DNA of 64,000 bases, from assembly GCA_040902515.1 (NCBI GenBank), contig JBBDXB010000006.1, positions 194,219 to 258,218 on the forward strand. The letters run 5' to 3'. This document shows positions 9,392 to 17,828 of the stretch, one piece after another (position 1 is the stretch's first letter; each line of letters starts with the position of its first letter). The stretch is from Patescibacteria group bacterium (GTDB lineage Bacteria > Patescibacteriota > SICC01). The position numbers were made by a program, and so were the translations under genes. Under the pieces are notes generated by a model. That model saw nothing but the letters and a program-made list of their open reading frames with translations, made no database searches and had not been told where the DNA came from.

Positions 9392-9670
9392 ATGCGCTCA
9401 CTGCCGCTGTTTTCCGTACCGGAGTACCGCGCGGTGCTCTGGAACGGGTTCTGCTGCCTCGGCCCCCTGCTGGGATCAGCGATCGCCATCCTGCTGTTAC
9501 CGCTGATCTTTCCCGAGACGCCGACAGGTGCCGGATTCCTGCTCGTCTTCGGTTCCCTCATCGCTCTCGGCAGCATCGTGCTTTCCGCCATCAACCTGAT
9601 CGCGTTCAGCGAGGCGGTGGGAAACGCGATTGGCCATTACCGCCGTTACGGCTACGACCTGCGGGAATGA
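9392..9670 (+). CDS. small membrane protein (92 aa)
   Basis: AAAGGAG SD 5 nt before the ATG; two to three TM helices; second of a tandem pair. Confidence 0.5.
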   Translation: MRSLPLFSVPEYRAVLWNGFCCLGPLLGSAIAILLLPLIFPETPTGAGFLLVFGSLIALGSIVLSAINLIAFSEAVGNAIGHYRRYGYDLRE

Positions 9671-9739
9671 AGACCAAACGGGCCGGACCCTTCCTCGATA
9701 CTCGATGAAGACCGGCCCGTTTTTCCTATCCACCGATTG

Positions 9740-10762
9740 CTACTTCCGCTCCACCGTCCAGCTCGAATGAGGAGCCTCGCATTCACCCGGGGATTCGCTG
9801 TTGCTGTACATGATGGAGTCCTTCTGCGGCGAATGACAGAACCCCAGATTGTGGCCGATTTCATGCTCGGTAATAGTGGTCAGGCGTTCATCCGAACTCC
9901 CCTTGATCTCGTCAATCCGATATTCGATATAGCACGGTTCAGACAATTCCGGTGACAGCGGAGCTACCGCGGCGGCTTTCGGGCTGGACAGCCGATTGGA
10001 GCCCCAGAGCTCGATGTCACCGCCGCACGGAGGGTCGTAGCCGCGTTCCTGCCATCGCTCAAGCGCCTCGCTGACCGCCCGCTCCACTCTCGGAGATCCC
10101 TCCAGCCGGGTGGAAACCGTAGGAATCTGCGCCCGTTTCTGCGGATCGACAGGCAGAGGCGTGGGCCCGTAGATCTCTTCGGCGATGATCTCCGCCTGGA
10201 GCATCGCCGCCTCACGTTCCCGGTCCAAACCCTCCAGGTAATCCAGCTCCAAGTGGCTGAGTCCGTGCATGATTTCCGGTAGCGGGAGAGGCTCGTCGGC
10301 CATCTCAGCGCTCATCCGCCAGCCCAGGTAGTCGATCACGGAATATCGCGGAAAGCCTTTGCTGAGAAAGAATTCCTCGATTCGCAGCTCGGCATCCACG
10401 GACGCTTCGAGGGGGCCACGCAACTCGGCAGGCACCAGCGGAAATCCCAGTTGGTCCAGGTCCCATTGGTCGATTTCCCGTTCGATCTCGAATCCGCGCG
10501 CGATCCTGGCATCTTCGAACAGCTCCCGGCCAATCCTGTTGACCCTCATGGATCGATACGACGACAGGCCGCCGTAGTGCTCGACCGGGCGGCTCTCGGC
10601 TACGTGTGGAAGCTCGGGAGCAGCCGGAACGGGCGGCTCGAATACCGGGCGCGGCGACCGGACTTCATTCATCTCGGGTGGTGCCGAGGGGCCGCCACAC
10701 TTCGAGAGAGCACCCGCACACGCGAGGCCCAAGACGGCTTTCGTGACCCGCGAGGACCGCAT
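9740..10762 (-). CDS. secreted or lipoprotein zinc metalloprotease, metzincin-like (HExxHxxGxxH plus Met-turn)
   Basis: C-terminal HEIGHNLGFCHSPQKDSIMY (zincin/metzincin motif with SIMY Met-turn); signal peptide MRSSRVTKAVLGLACAGALSKCGG at the chosen start; the alternative ATG at 10822 lies 8 nt after the ribozyme; the 620-aa ORF-track version has a 280-aa R/P/G-rich junk N-terminus that I reject. Confidence 0.6.
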   Translation of the reverse strand: MRSSRVTKAVLGLACAGALSKCGGPSAPPEMNEVRSPRPVFEPPVPAAPELPHVAESRPVEHYGGLSSYRSMRVNRIGRELFEDARIARGFEIEREIDQWDLDQLGFPLVPAELRGPLEASVDAELRIEEFFLSKGFPRYSVIDYLGWRMSAEMADEPLPLPEIMHGLSHLELDYLEGLDREREAAMLQAEIIAEEIYGPTPLPVDPQKRAQIPTVSTRLEGSPRVERAVSEALERWQERGYDPPCGGDIELWGSNRLSSPKAAAVAPLSPELSEPCYIEYRIDEIKGSSDERLTTITEHEIGHNLGFCHSPQKDSIMYSNSESPGECEAPHSSWTVERK

Positions 10763-10829
10763 GCGATCAAGGACCGAGAACTCGGGCTGCGAATCGTGAT
10801 GGGAACTGGCTTCGCTGTGCATTGTTGAT

Positions 10830-10880
10830 ACCGTTTCGACCCGAACTTCCCGGATCTCATCAGGCGCTAGGCGCGACGGC
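10830..10880 (-). ncRNA. type III hammerhead ribozyme, copy A (in the 5' leader of the metalloprotease gene)
   Basis: Minus-strand RNA gucgcc-GUC^GCGC-CUA-GCGC-CUGAUGAG-AUCCGGGAAGUUCGGGUC-GAAA-CGGU. All invariant core nucleotides present (C3 U4 G5 A6 N7 G8 A9, G12 A13 A14, A15.1-U16.1, H17=C); G10.1-C11.1 closes stem II; stem I is a 4-bp hairpin, stem II 7-8 bp, stem III 5 bp and open. Cleavage predicted after C17, between 10875 and 10874. Confidence 0.75.
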
Positions 10881-10941
10881 GACCGACGGGGTGTTACGAA
10901 AAGTGATTTCATAACAGGCCCGTCGGTCAACCGGGATGCAG

Positions 10942-11508
10942 CTAGGCGGCGGCGAGGACGAGGTCCTGCGCGGACGTCTGGTCGGTCATGGTCGCAGGCG
11001 GGGTCTCGTACCGGCGCCAGCGGCCGCGTACCAGTCTCTCCAGGCGGTAGTCCGCCTGCATCTGGCTGCCGCGAAGCTCCTTGGTGGACTGGCCGGTGCG
11101 GGAGCTGGGCCGGAGCCTGATCCCAATCAGTCGGTCCAGCTCGCGGAGGTCCTTCCCCTGCCAGAAGGGCTCGGGGCTGAACGTCATCTGGCGACCGCCG
11201 TCGCGGACCGTCAGCACGCGTACGGCCCTGACCTCGGGGAGTGTGGCGAGGGCCTCGTCGTAGGCCTTCGTGTACCCCCAGCACGTCGCCGTCAGTCCCT
11301 TCTCGTTCTGCTCGACCTCGAGGACCAGCCCATCGCCGGGTCGCGGCAGCTTCAGCTGCGGCCAGTCCGTTCCGACCACGACCACGCCGTCCTGGATCAG
11401 GACCTGACCGCCGGCGGCGAGGCGGAAGAAGACCTTCCGTCCGTTGTGGATTTCGGCGAAGCCGTACAGACCCTTCTTCTTGTAGTACTTGACGATGCCT
11501 CGCAGCAT
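10942..11508 (-). CDS. cold-shock domain protein with a roughly 120-aa C-terminal extension
   Basis: Start trimmed to MLRGIVKYYKKKGLYGFAEIHNGRKVFF (CSD RNP motifs); AAGGAG SD; the C-terminal 120 aa is of unknown function. Confidence 0.7.
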   Translation of the reverse strand: MLRGIVKYYKKKGLYGFAEIHNGRKVFFRLAAGGQVLIQDGVVVVGTDWPQLKLPRPGDGLVLEVEQNEKGLTATCWGYTKAYDEALATLPEVRAVRVLTVRDGGRQMTFSPEPFWQGKDLRELDRLIGIRLRPSSRTGQSTKELRGSQMQADYRLERLVRGRWRRYETPPATMTDQTSAQDLVLAAA

Positions 11509-11809
11509 GACGATCACTCCTTGGTTGTTGCGATTGCGGCGTACCTTGTGGCAGCCGATCCACCCGCCACCGACGGGCATATCGGCTACCACAAGACTGC
11601 ATCCCGGAATGGTAATGAACCGTGCCGCGGGCATTCCGCAGCCTGACTTTATACCACGGTTAAGGTATTTTATCAAGCTCCGGAGAGTCCAGCGCAGAAG
11701 AAAAAGGCCACCAGATATCAAAAGTAAGATATATGATGGCCGCTCCCGCGACATGACTGGGTTCAGCCACACGGACCACAAGGCGCGGGTTCGGGGTCCG
11801 TTAAATGTT

Positions 11810-12127
11810 TCAAATGTCTGCTGGCGTGCGTTGGCGATGAAGCGCCTTAAGCAGAAGGGTCGCGATCAGGCCGAAGTATCCCCCGACCACTCCTCCTACC
11901 AGAACAGCAGCTCCGATCTCCTCACGGCGTTGATCCGGAGGTATCCGCTTCCAGCCGTCAGACGTGGCGGCCAGTGTCGCCAGGGCTGTTCCTGCCGGAA
12001 TGCCGCCCATGACGGCGCCTCGCAGTGCCGCACGGACGACCGATGCAGGCCGGTTGATCCACCCCAGCAGCACCACGGGTACAGCGATGATCAAGCCGAT
12101 CAACGTGCGTTCGGCGTTTATCTTCAT
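11810..12127 (-). CDS. small membrane protein, GlsB/YeaQ/YmgE (transglycosylase-associated) family-like
   Basis: 105 aa; Gly-rich TM segments (GAAVLVGGVVGGYFGLIATLLL). Confidence 0.5.
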   Translation of the reverse strand: MKINAERTLIGLIIAVPVVLLGWINRPASVVRAALRGAVMGGIPAGTALATLAATSDGWKRIPPDQRREEIGAAVLVGGVVGGYFGLIATLLLKALHRQRTPADI

Positions 12128-12158
12128 GCATCCTCCTTGTGTTGTGGTTGGTCGCCGC

Positions 12159-12524
12159 TCAACGGGTTCTGAGCCTGTTAGGGGCCGGGAGTGACCATCG
12201 GCGCGTGAATGCCGCGATGACGATGCAGAGCAACCCGAGAATCGTCATCATGTACGGCCCTTGCAGCTCGATCGCGATGCCGGTGAACACCAGGCCGCAG
12301 TAGGTGAACAGCGCCCACAGATACTTCGGCGCGATGATCAGGCCGCCCACCAGCACGCTGAGCGCCAGGATGCCCCAAATGTCTGCATCCTTTGATGCGG
12401 CGGCCCAGATGCCGAGGCCGACGATCGACATCAGGACCACGGCAAGTGTCGCGGTCCGCGTAAGCGGGTTCTTGCAGTCCATGGTCATCGAACGGATGAC
12501 ATCGCTGTCGTAGATCCGTTGCAT
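12159..12524 (-). CDS. hypothetical membrane protein (121 aa), immediately downstream of ribozyme copy B
   Basis: AGGGGG SD 6 nt before the ATG; three to four TM helices. Confidence 0.55.
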   Translation of the reverse strand: MQRIYDSDVIRSMTMDCKNPLTRTATLAVVLMSIVGLGIWAAASKDADIWGILALSVLVGGLIIAPKYLWALFTYCGLVFTGIAIELQGPYMMTILGLLCIVIAAFTRRWSLPAPNRLRTR

Positions 12525-12607
12525 GTGAACCCCCTGATGGGTCGTGTTTTCCGGAAACGGTAAGGTGCGGCAGACTTAGGTAAATCATACCAGTCCGCCG
12601 CACGGAA

Positions 12608-12658
12608 CCCCTTTCGACCCGAACTTCCCGGGTCTCGTCAGTCGCTAGGCGAGAGGGA
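12608..12658 (-). ncRNA. type III hammerhead ribozyme, copy B
   Basis: Minus-strand RNA cucccuC-UC^UCGC-CUA-GCGA-CUGACGAG-ACCCGGGAAGUUCGGGUC-GAAA-GGGG. Same architecture and length as copy A. Differences are compensatory: 1.1/2.1 U-A versus G-C, 10.3/11.3 C-G versus U-G, 15.2/16.2 G-C versus C-G, 15.5/16.5 G-U versus U-G; the unconstrained N7 is C versus U. Confidence 0.75.
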
Positions 12659-12755
12659 GCCGAGAATGAAAACTGGAGTTACCAGAAACTATTCTCGGCG
12701 GGCAAGCAGAAAGGATGATATGTCCTGATTCTTGCCGTGGTTTTTTAGGGTGGTG

Positions 12756-13298
12756 CTACGGGTGGATTCTCACCAGCTTTCTTGCCACCTTGCACCAGTC
12801 GTTCTGTGGTCCGGGCATAGCGGCCCTGTAGAAAGGTACCGTTCTCGGATATCCCTTCGGCCCGACCAGCCGTGCCTCGAACAGATTCTGCTGGCGGCGG
12901 TTGTACTCCGCACGGATATTGCGGAACGTTGATGAGTACGCGATCGCCGTATCCTCTACGAGGGTCGGATCCACCGACGTGCGCTCACCGCCGTCACCTA
13001 CCTGGCAAGCCGTCTCGGCTGCTGAGATCATATCCTCCCAGGTGCCGATGATCGCCGTGTGCTGGTCCCGGACGTTGTCCGGTCCGGTGATGCGCTGGGC
13101 CTCGCCGCCCCAGAGGGAGATGAAGCCGATGGCCTGACCGAGCAGCCCGATCGCGAGGACCAGGGCCAGTAGGGACACGAACCACTTGAACAGCGTGCGC
13201 CCCGGTCGGTCGGCCAGGTTTCCTGCCTGCCGCTCCCCGAAACTCGAGGTGCGGCGCTCTAGACGGTCGTAGCCGTCCGGATCCCGATCTCGTGACAT
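12756..13298 (-). CDS. hypothetical single-pass membrane protein
   Basis: 180 aa; charged N-terminus, one TM (WFVSLLALVLAIGLLGQAIGFISLW), C-terminal domain. Confidence 0.45.
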   Translation of the reverse strand: MSRDRDPDGYDRLERRTSSFGERQAGNLADRPGRTLFKWFVSLLALVLAIGLLGQAIGFISLWGGEAQRITGPDNVRDQHTAIIGTWEDMISAAETACQVGDGGERTSVDPTLVEDTAIAYSSTFRNIRAEYNRRQQNLFEARLVGPKGYPRTVPFYRAAMPGPQNDWCKVARKLVRIHP

Positions 13299-13339
13299 AG
13301 TTACCTTTCTCTGCGTCGTGAGGTGGTTCGGTCCGCGGG

Positions 13340-14002
13340 TTACCCCGTGGCGCCAAGCGCCCCCTCAAGGATTCGCTGCGCCTCCTGACGTGCCGCCCGG
13401 CACTCGCCGGACTCGGGATCGTCAGCGCAACCGCCAGCCTGCAGTGCCTCCTGGGCCTGACCCTGCGCCGTCCTGACGCCTGAGTCTATGCTCAGGGACA
13501 CCTGGGTGACTTGCCGCTGGAACTTCGTGAGTGCGGTGGTGCAGAACGTCGGCATGTTGAAGAAGTCGACGTACTGCCCGCCGGGTGTGAAACCGTACCG
13601 GTACGGCGGCGGTGATCCGTGGAACATCCCGTCCACTGACGGAAGCTCTGGGTAGTAGGTGCCGCTATTGGAGTACTGCTTCACTACCTGATTCGGGAAG
13701 AAGCTCACGCTGGAGCTGGTCAGCTTGCCGGCCACCGGGACGGTGACGATCGGCGCTGACGCGTTACCCCAGGTCGTCGAGCACCAGATGATGGTGTTCG
13801 GCGAATCATAGAGCTTCTGCGCCCGGTTGTAGTTGTTGTACTCGACGTCGTTCTTGGGCTCGTAGGCCGTGCGGTTCTGCCGCTTCCGATCGAGCTTGCT
13901 GAACTGCTGGTCCTGCTTGGTCGTCTCACCGCCGCAGGCCGCGAGACCCACGATCAGGCTAATCGCCAGGAGACCGACGAGCAGCTTTTGTACGAAGGAC
14001 AA
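13340..14002 (-). CDS. hypothetical lipoprotein
   Basis: 220 aa; signal peptide with lipobox VGLAAC; Asn/Tyr/Ser-rich mature domain. Confidence 0.55.
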   Translation of the reverse strand: MSFVQKLLVGLLAISLIVGLAACGGETTKQDQQFSKLDRKRQNRTAYEPKNDVEYNNYNRAQKLYDSPNTIIWCSTTWGNASAPIVTVPVAGKLTSSSVSFFPNQVVKQYSNSGTYYPELPSVDGMFHGSPPPYRYGFTPGGQYVDFFNMPTFCTTALTKFQRQVTQVSLSIDSGVRTAQGQAQEALQAGGCADDPESGECRAARQEAQRILEGALGATG

Positions 14003-14242
14003 GGGTACCCCCTTCTCTCGATTTCCTGGTGATGGGTATCACCAAGGCCGTTTCCGGCGCCCTGAAGTCATCTGCTCTGATAACTCCGTGGCGCCGGAAA
14101 CGTCACTGACTTGTTAAGGTCGCTCTTGTGGCACAAAAGCTTGTAACCATAGCATTTTTTAATAATCTGCGTCAATGGCGCCATAAAATCCTACCACATC
14201 AAAACGGCCGGTAGTGACGTTGTGCTCTGCTACGCTATTTAC

Positions 14243-15352
14243 ATGTCCCTCTCCATCGGTATCGTCGGGCTTCCGAACGTCGGCAAGTCCACGCTCTTCA
14301 ACGCCCTGCTCGAACGGGCGCAAGCCGAGAGCGCCAACCGGCCGTTCACCACGATCGAGCCGAACGAGGGCGTGGTCGACGTCCCTGATCCGCGGCTCGC
14401 GAAGCTCGCCGAGCTGGTGCAGCCGGAGAAGACCATCCCGGCCACCGTGACGTTCACCGACATCGCGGGGCTGGTCGGCGGTGCGAGCAAGGGCGAGGGC
14501 CTCGGTAACAAGTTCCTGTCCCACATCCGCGAGACCAGCGCGATCGCGCTGGTGGCCCGCTGCTTCGAGGACCCGCAGGTCACCCACGTGGCGGGACGGC
14601 TCGGTCCGGTGGACGATCTGCGCACCGTCCTGCTCGAGCTGATCCTCGCCGACCAGCAGACGTACGAGAAGCTCCTCGGCTCGCTGGAGAAGGAGGCCAA
14701 GGGTAATCCCGATACCGCCGAACGGCTGGAACTGTTGAAGCGGATCGGCGCGGCGTTCGACGCCGAGAAGCCGGCACACAGCGTGACCTTCGACGCCGAC
14801 GAACGGAAGGCGCTGGCAAAGGGCGCTCCGCTTCCCTTCATCACCGCCAAGCCGATGCTGGTGGTGGCGAACGTCGGGGAAAACGACGTAGCCAAACCCG
14901 GGACCAGTTCCTTCTACCAGGAGGCCGAGCGCTGGGCCGAGGAGCAGGGCTTCGGCATCGTCGCCGTCTCCGCGAAGATCGAGGCGGAGATCGGCGTGCT
15001 CCCGCCGGAGGAACGCGCGGCGTTCCTGGAGTCGGTCGGCCTCAAGGAGCCGAACCTGAACCGCTTCATCCGCGCCGGCTACGACCTGCTCGACCTGATC
15101 ACCTTCTACACCGCCGGACCGAAGGAGGTCCGCGCCTGGCCGATCCGTCGCGGCAGCAGTGCCCCGCAAGCCGCCGGCACCATCCACGGCGATTTCCAGG
15201 ACAAGTTCATCCGCGCCGAGGTGATCGCCTACGACGACTTCGTGACCGCCGGCAGCGAGTCAGCCGCCCGCGATGCCGGTAAACTCCGCGCCGAGGGCAA
15301 GGACTATACCGTGCGGGACGGCGACGTCATCCACGTCCGGCATGGGGCTTAG
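14243..15352 (+). CDS. ychF: redox-regulated ATPase YchF (Obg-like GTPase family)
   Basis: Start trimmed to MSLSIGIVGLPNVGKSTLFNAL; G-domain motifs; C-terminal TGS-like region. Confidence 0.9.
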   Translation: MSLSIGIVGLPNVGKSTLFNALLERAQAESANRPFTTIEPNEGVVDVPDPRLAKLAELVQPEKTIPATVTFTDIAGLVGGASKGEGLGNKFLSHIRETSAIALVARCFEDPQVTHVAGRLGPVDDLRTVLLELILADQQTYEKLLGSLEKEAKGNPDTAERLELLKRIGAAFDAEKPAHSVTFDADERKALAKGAPLPFITAKPMLVVANVGENDVAKPGTSSFYQEAERWAEEQGFGIVAVSAKIEAEIGVLPPEERAAFLESVGLKEPNLNRFIRAGYDLLDLITFYTAGPKEVRAWPIRRGSSAPQAAGTIHGDFQDKFIRAEVIAYDDFVTAGSESAARDAGKLRAEGKDYTVRDGDVIHVRHGA

Positions 15353-16626
15353 CGGCGTCCGGCGGTATCGGGATCGATCAGCCCCGCCCGCAACCCGTAT
15401 GCGACCAGCTCGGCCCGAGCATCTACTCCGGCTTTCCGTTTTGCTTCAACCAGGTGGTGCACGACCACGGACGTGCTGATACCCAGCGCTGCGGCGATCT
15501 CGTCATTATCGTCCATGAGCCGCTCGACGACTTGCCGTTGCCGCCGCGAGAACACGTCCGCAAAGCGGGGATCGATCCGGTTGTCGATGTACCCCTCCCT
15601 GAACGTGTACGCCACCAGCTCGTTCATGTTCGAGAGTCCGAGCGTTTCATACAGACGCACATACCGGTTTGAGATCGTGCTCTTGCTGTCCCCGCTCTGC
15701 GCCACGATGGTGCCGTACGAGCGGTCGGCCATCGCCAACATCTCTTGCTCGAGCGGGGTGAGCACGGGTTCCATTTCCGGTGTCGGCAATTCATCCAAAT
15801 GGCACTGGCCGTTGGCCAACCCGACCAAGACCAGTTCTCCACGAGTCCGGGCACCGGTCTTCCGGTAGCACTGGGAAAGGGCGTTATTGGCAGATTTGAT
15901 CTCTATTCCCAACTCTCGAGCCATGGGCGCTATCTTGAGATGTGCCAAGCGCAATACGGAGGACTGCAAAGGTGAAAGCCTGACGTCCGGACGACGCCAT
16001 GTTTCCAGGTCGGGATCCAGGAATCCCTCCTTGAGCCCCAAGACCAGAAGCTCCGTTCGGTTGGCCAAGCGGCGTGGACGTAGGACGTCCGTTATCTTTG
16101 TGCTTATATGACCAGCACTGATTCCTAAAGCTTCTCCGATCTCGGCACTCGGCAGCCAGATGCGGTCGACGAACACCAGCTCGTCGTCCGAGAAGTCACG
16201 GCGCGTGATCCGGCCGCGGCCACGCAGCGCGGACTCGATCCGCGGGAGCGTGCCGAGTTCATCCGAATGCACGTCACGAAGCACTAGGTAGGTCAGGCGC
16301 ATTTCACCGTCAGTCTCACCGATGCCCAGCGCGTGACGGTGGTTCTGGTAATCCGCCGGATCGATCCGCATCGATTCAAGCAGCGAGACCGGACGGGCGA
16401 AGACGTGTGCGGTCCCGGCGTTCGTATCATGGCGGCGATAGTCCCAGTGGGTGTCAGCCAACACCCGTTCGATCGTCTCGTGCTCCACTACGCCGCCCGC
16501 TACTTCCTCGAGCATGTCGGGCGTCACTGGCCGCGACATGGTTTCGCGTTCGGAATCCATAAGGGAAGTCATAAGGAGGTTCTCCGAAGAGCCCATTATC
16601 TTCGCAGAGCGGGTCGGGTTTGACAA
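15349..16626 (-). CDS. transcriptional regulator with four tandem LuxR/GerE-type HTH domains
   Basis: 425 aa; four repeats matching the LuxR HTH pattern (LSPLQSSVLRLAHLKIAPMARELGIEIKSANNALSQCYRKTGARTRGELVLVGLANG; LTPLEQEMLAMADRSYGTIVAQSGDSKSTISNRYVRLYETLGLSNMNELVAYTFREG; FSRRQRQVVERLMDDNDEIAAALGISTSVVVHHLVEAKRKAGVDARAELVAYGLRAG; LPSAEIGEALGISAGHISTKITDVLRPRRLANRTELLVLGLKEG); exact start uncertain. Confidence 0.65.
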   Translation of the reverse strand: MSNPTRSAKIMGSSENLLMTSLMDSERETMSRPVTPDMLEEVAGGVVEHETIERVLADTHWDYRRHDTNAGTAHVFARPVSLLESMRIDPADYQNHRHALGIGETDGEMRLTYLVLRDVHSDELGTLPRIESALRGRGRITRRDFSDDELVFVDRIWLPSAEIGEALGISAGHISTKITDVLRPRRLANRTELLVLGLKEGFLDPDLETWRRPDVRLSPLQSSVLRLAHLKIAPMARELGIEIKSANNALSQCYRKTGARTRGELVLVGLANGQCHLDELPTPEMEPVLTPLEQEMLAMADRSYGTIVAQSGDSKSTISNRYVRLYETLGLSNMNELVAYTFREGYIDNRIDPRFADVFSRRQRQVVERLMDDNDEIAAALGISTSVVVHHLVEAKRKAGVDARAELVAYGLRAGLIDPDTAGRR

Positions 16627-16664
16627 ACGCCACTTAGCAAGCTACCATATCAATACGCCGCTCC

Positions 16665-16693
16665 TTGACGCTCCGGGATCGCGACCGTAGACT
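16665..16693 (+). promoter_or_regulatory. candidate sigma-70-like promoter of the rpsF operon
   Basis: TTGACG - 17 nt - TAGACT about 55 nt upstream of rpsF; a second TTGACA-N17-TACCAT candidate lies 45 nt further upstream. Confidence 0.4.
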
Positions 16694-16745
16694 CAGAGTT
16701 ACGAGCTTTTCTCCCGGGCGACCGGGACGATAGTCCACGAGAAGC

Positions 16746-17282
16746 ATGAGAAGTTACGAATTACTCTTCGTCGTCGCCGGTGACAAGACCGAACAGGAGG
16801 CCGCCAAGGTCGCCGATGCGGTCGGTGCCGTGCTGCTTGAGCTCGGCGGCAAGGCCAAGGAGCAGAACCCGCTCGGCCGCCGCAAGCTGGCCTACGATAT
16901 CGCCAAGCAGGATCACGGCTGGTACACGCTCCTCCACTGCGAACTCCCGGCCGACCAGGTGAATGAACTCACCCGGCGGCTGAACGTGATGGACGAGATC
17001 GTCCGCACCGTGCTCCTGGCCGCGGAAGAAGTCCCGGAGCCGGGACAGGTCACCCAGGTGACGACGGCCGTCGAGGAAAGCAAGGAGGCCGCCAAGGTGA
17101 AAGTACCCGAAGAGATGCGGAAGACGGCCAAGCCCTCGGTGAAACCGGCTGCGAAGCAGGACACCCCTGCCGACACGGACAAGGACGCAGGGACCACGGA
17201 GCGGAAGCCCGCCAAGAAAGCGGCGACCAAACAGGAACTTGAAGCCGCGCTTGAAGCGCAACTCAAGGATCAAGAGGATTAA
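16746..17282 (+). CDS. rpsF: 30S ribosomal protein S6 with a Lys/Ala/Glu-rich C-terminal extension
   Basis: MRSYELLFVVAGDKTEQEAAKVADAV...; gene order S6-SSB-S18. Confidence 0.9.
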   Translation: MRSYELLFVVAGDKTEQEAAKVADAVGAVLLELGGKAKEQNPLGRRKLAYDIAKQDHGWYTLLHCELPADQVNELTRRLNVMDEIVRTVLLAAEEVPEPGQVTQVTTAVEESKEAAKVKVPEEMRKTAKPSVKPAAKQDTPADTDKDAGTTERKPAKKAATKQELEAALEAQLKDQED

Positions 17283-17297
17283 TTAATCGGAGGCACC

Positions 17298-17828
17298 ATG
17301 GCCAAAGATCTCAACAAGGCGATGATCATCGGGAACCTGACGCGGGACCCCGAACTGCGCAGCACCCCGAACGGGCAGCAGGTAGCGAACTTCGGCGTCG
17401 CGACCAACCGCCAGTGGAAGAACCAGCAGGGCGAAACGCAGGAGGCGGCGGAGTTCCACAACGTCGTCGTCTGGGGCAAGCTTGCCGAGATCTGCAACCA
17501 GTACCTCGCCAAGGGCCGACGCGCCTACTTCGAGGGACGGCTGCAGACGGATACCTGGGAAGCCCAGGACGGCTCGAAGCGTTCGAAGACGCAGATCGTC
17601 GCCGATGACATGATCCTGCTGGATTCGCGCGGCGGACAGGGTGGCCAAGGAGGCGGCGCGGCGGCGGGCGACGCGGCGGCCAGCCAAGCCCCGGCCCAGC
17701 CCACCGAGGCTGAGGCATCGCAGGCGGATGGTTCCGGCAAGGACGACGGCAAGCAGGCCGCCAAGAAAGACAAGGACGCTAAGGATGCGTCGGGCGAGGA
17801 CCCGTCGCTGGATGACATTCCCTTCTAA
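17298..17828 (+). CDS. ssb: single-stranded DNA-binding protein
   Basis: OB-fold N-terminus, Gly-rich linker, acidic C-terminal tail ending DDIPF. Confidence 0.9.
   Translation: MAKDLNKAMIIGNLTRDPELRSTPNGQQVANFGVATNRQWKNQQGETQEAAEFHNVVVWGKLAEICNQYLAKGRRAYFEGRLQTDTWEAQDGSKRSKTQIVADDMILLDSRGGQGGQGGGAAAGDAAASQAPAQPTEAEASQADGSGKDDGKQAAKKDKDAKDASGEDPSLDDIPF

Noticed and set aside
10763-11602. N-terminal 280 aa of the 620-aa ORF 9740..11602, which would run through the hammerhead
   Set aside because: Extremely R/P/G-rich with no hydrophobic core; a bona fide signal peptide starts at the internal Met; the conserved ribozyme fits a leader, not coding sequence
10830-12658. Interpreting the two 45-nt direct repeats as att sites of an integrated element or as a shared promoter motif
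   Set aside because: The repeats are not identical. Their differences are compensatory within predicted helices and they preserve every hammerhead core nucleotide, which fits a structured RNA better than att duplication
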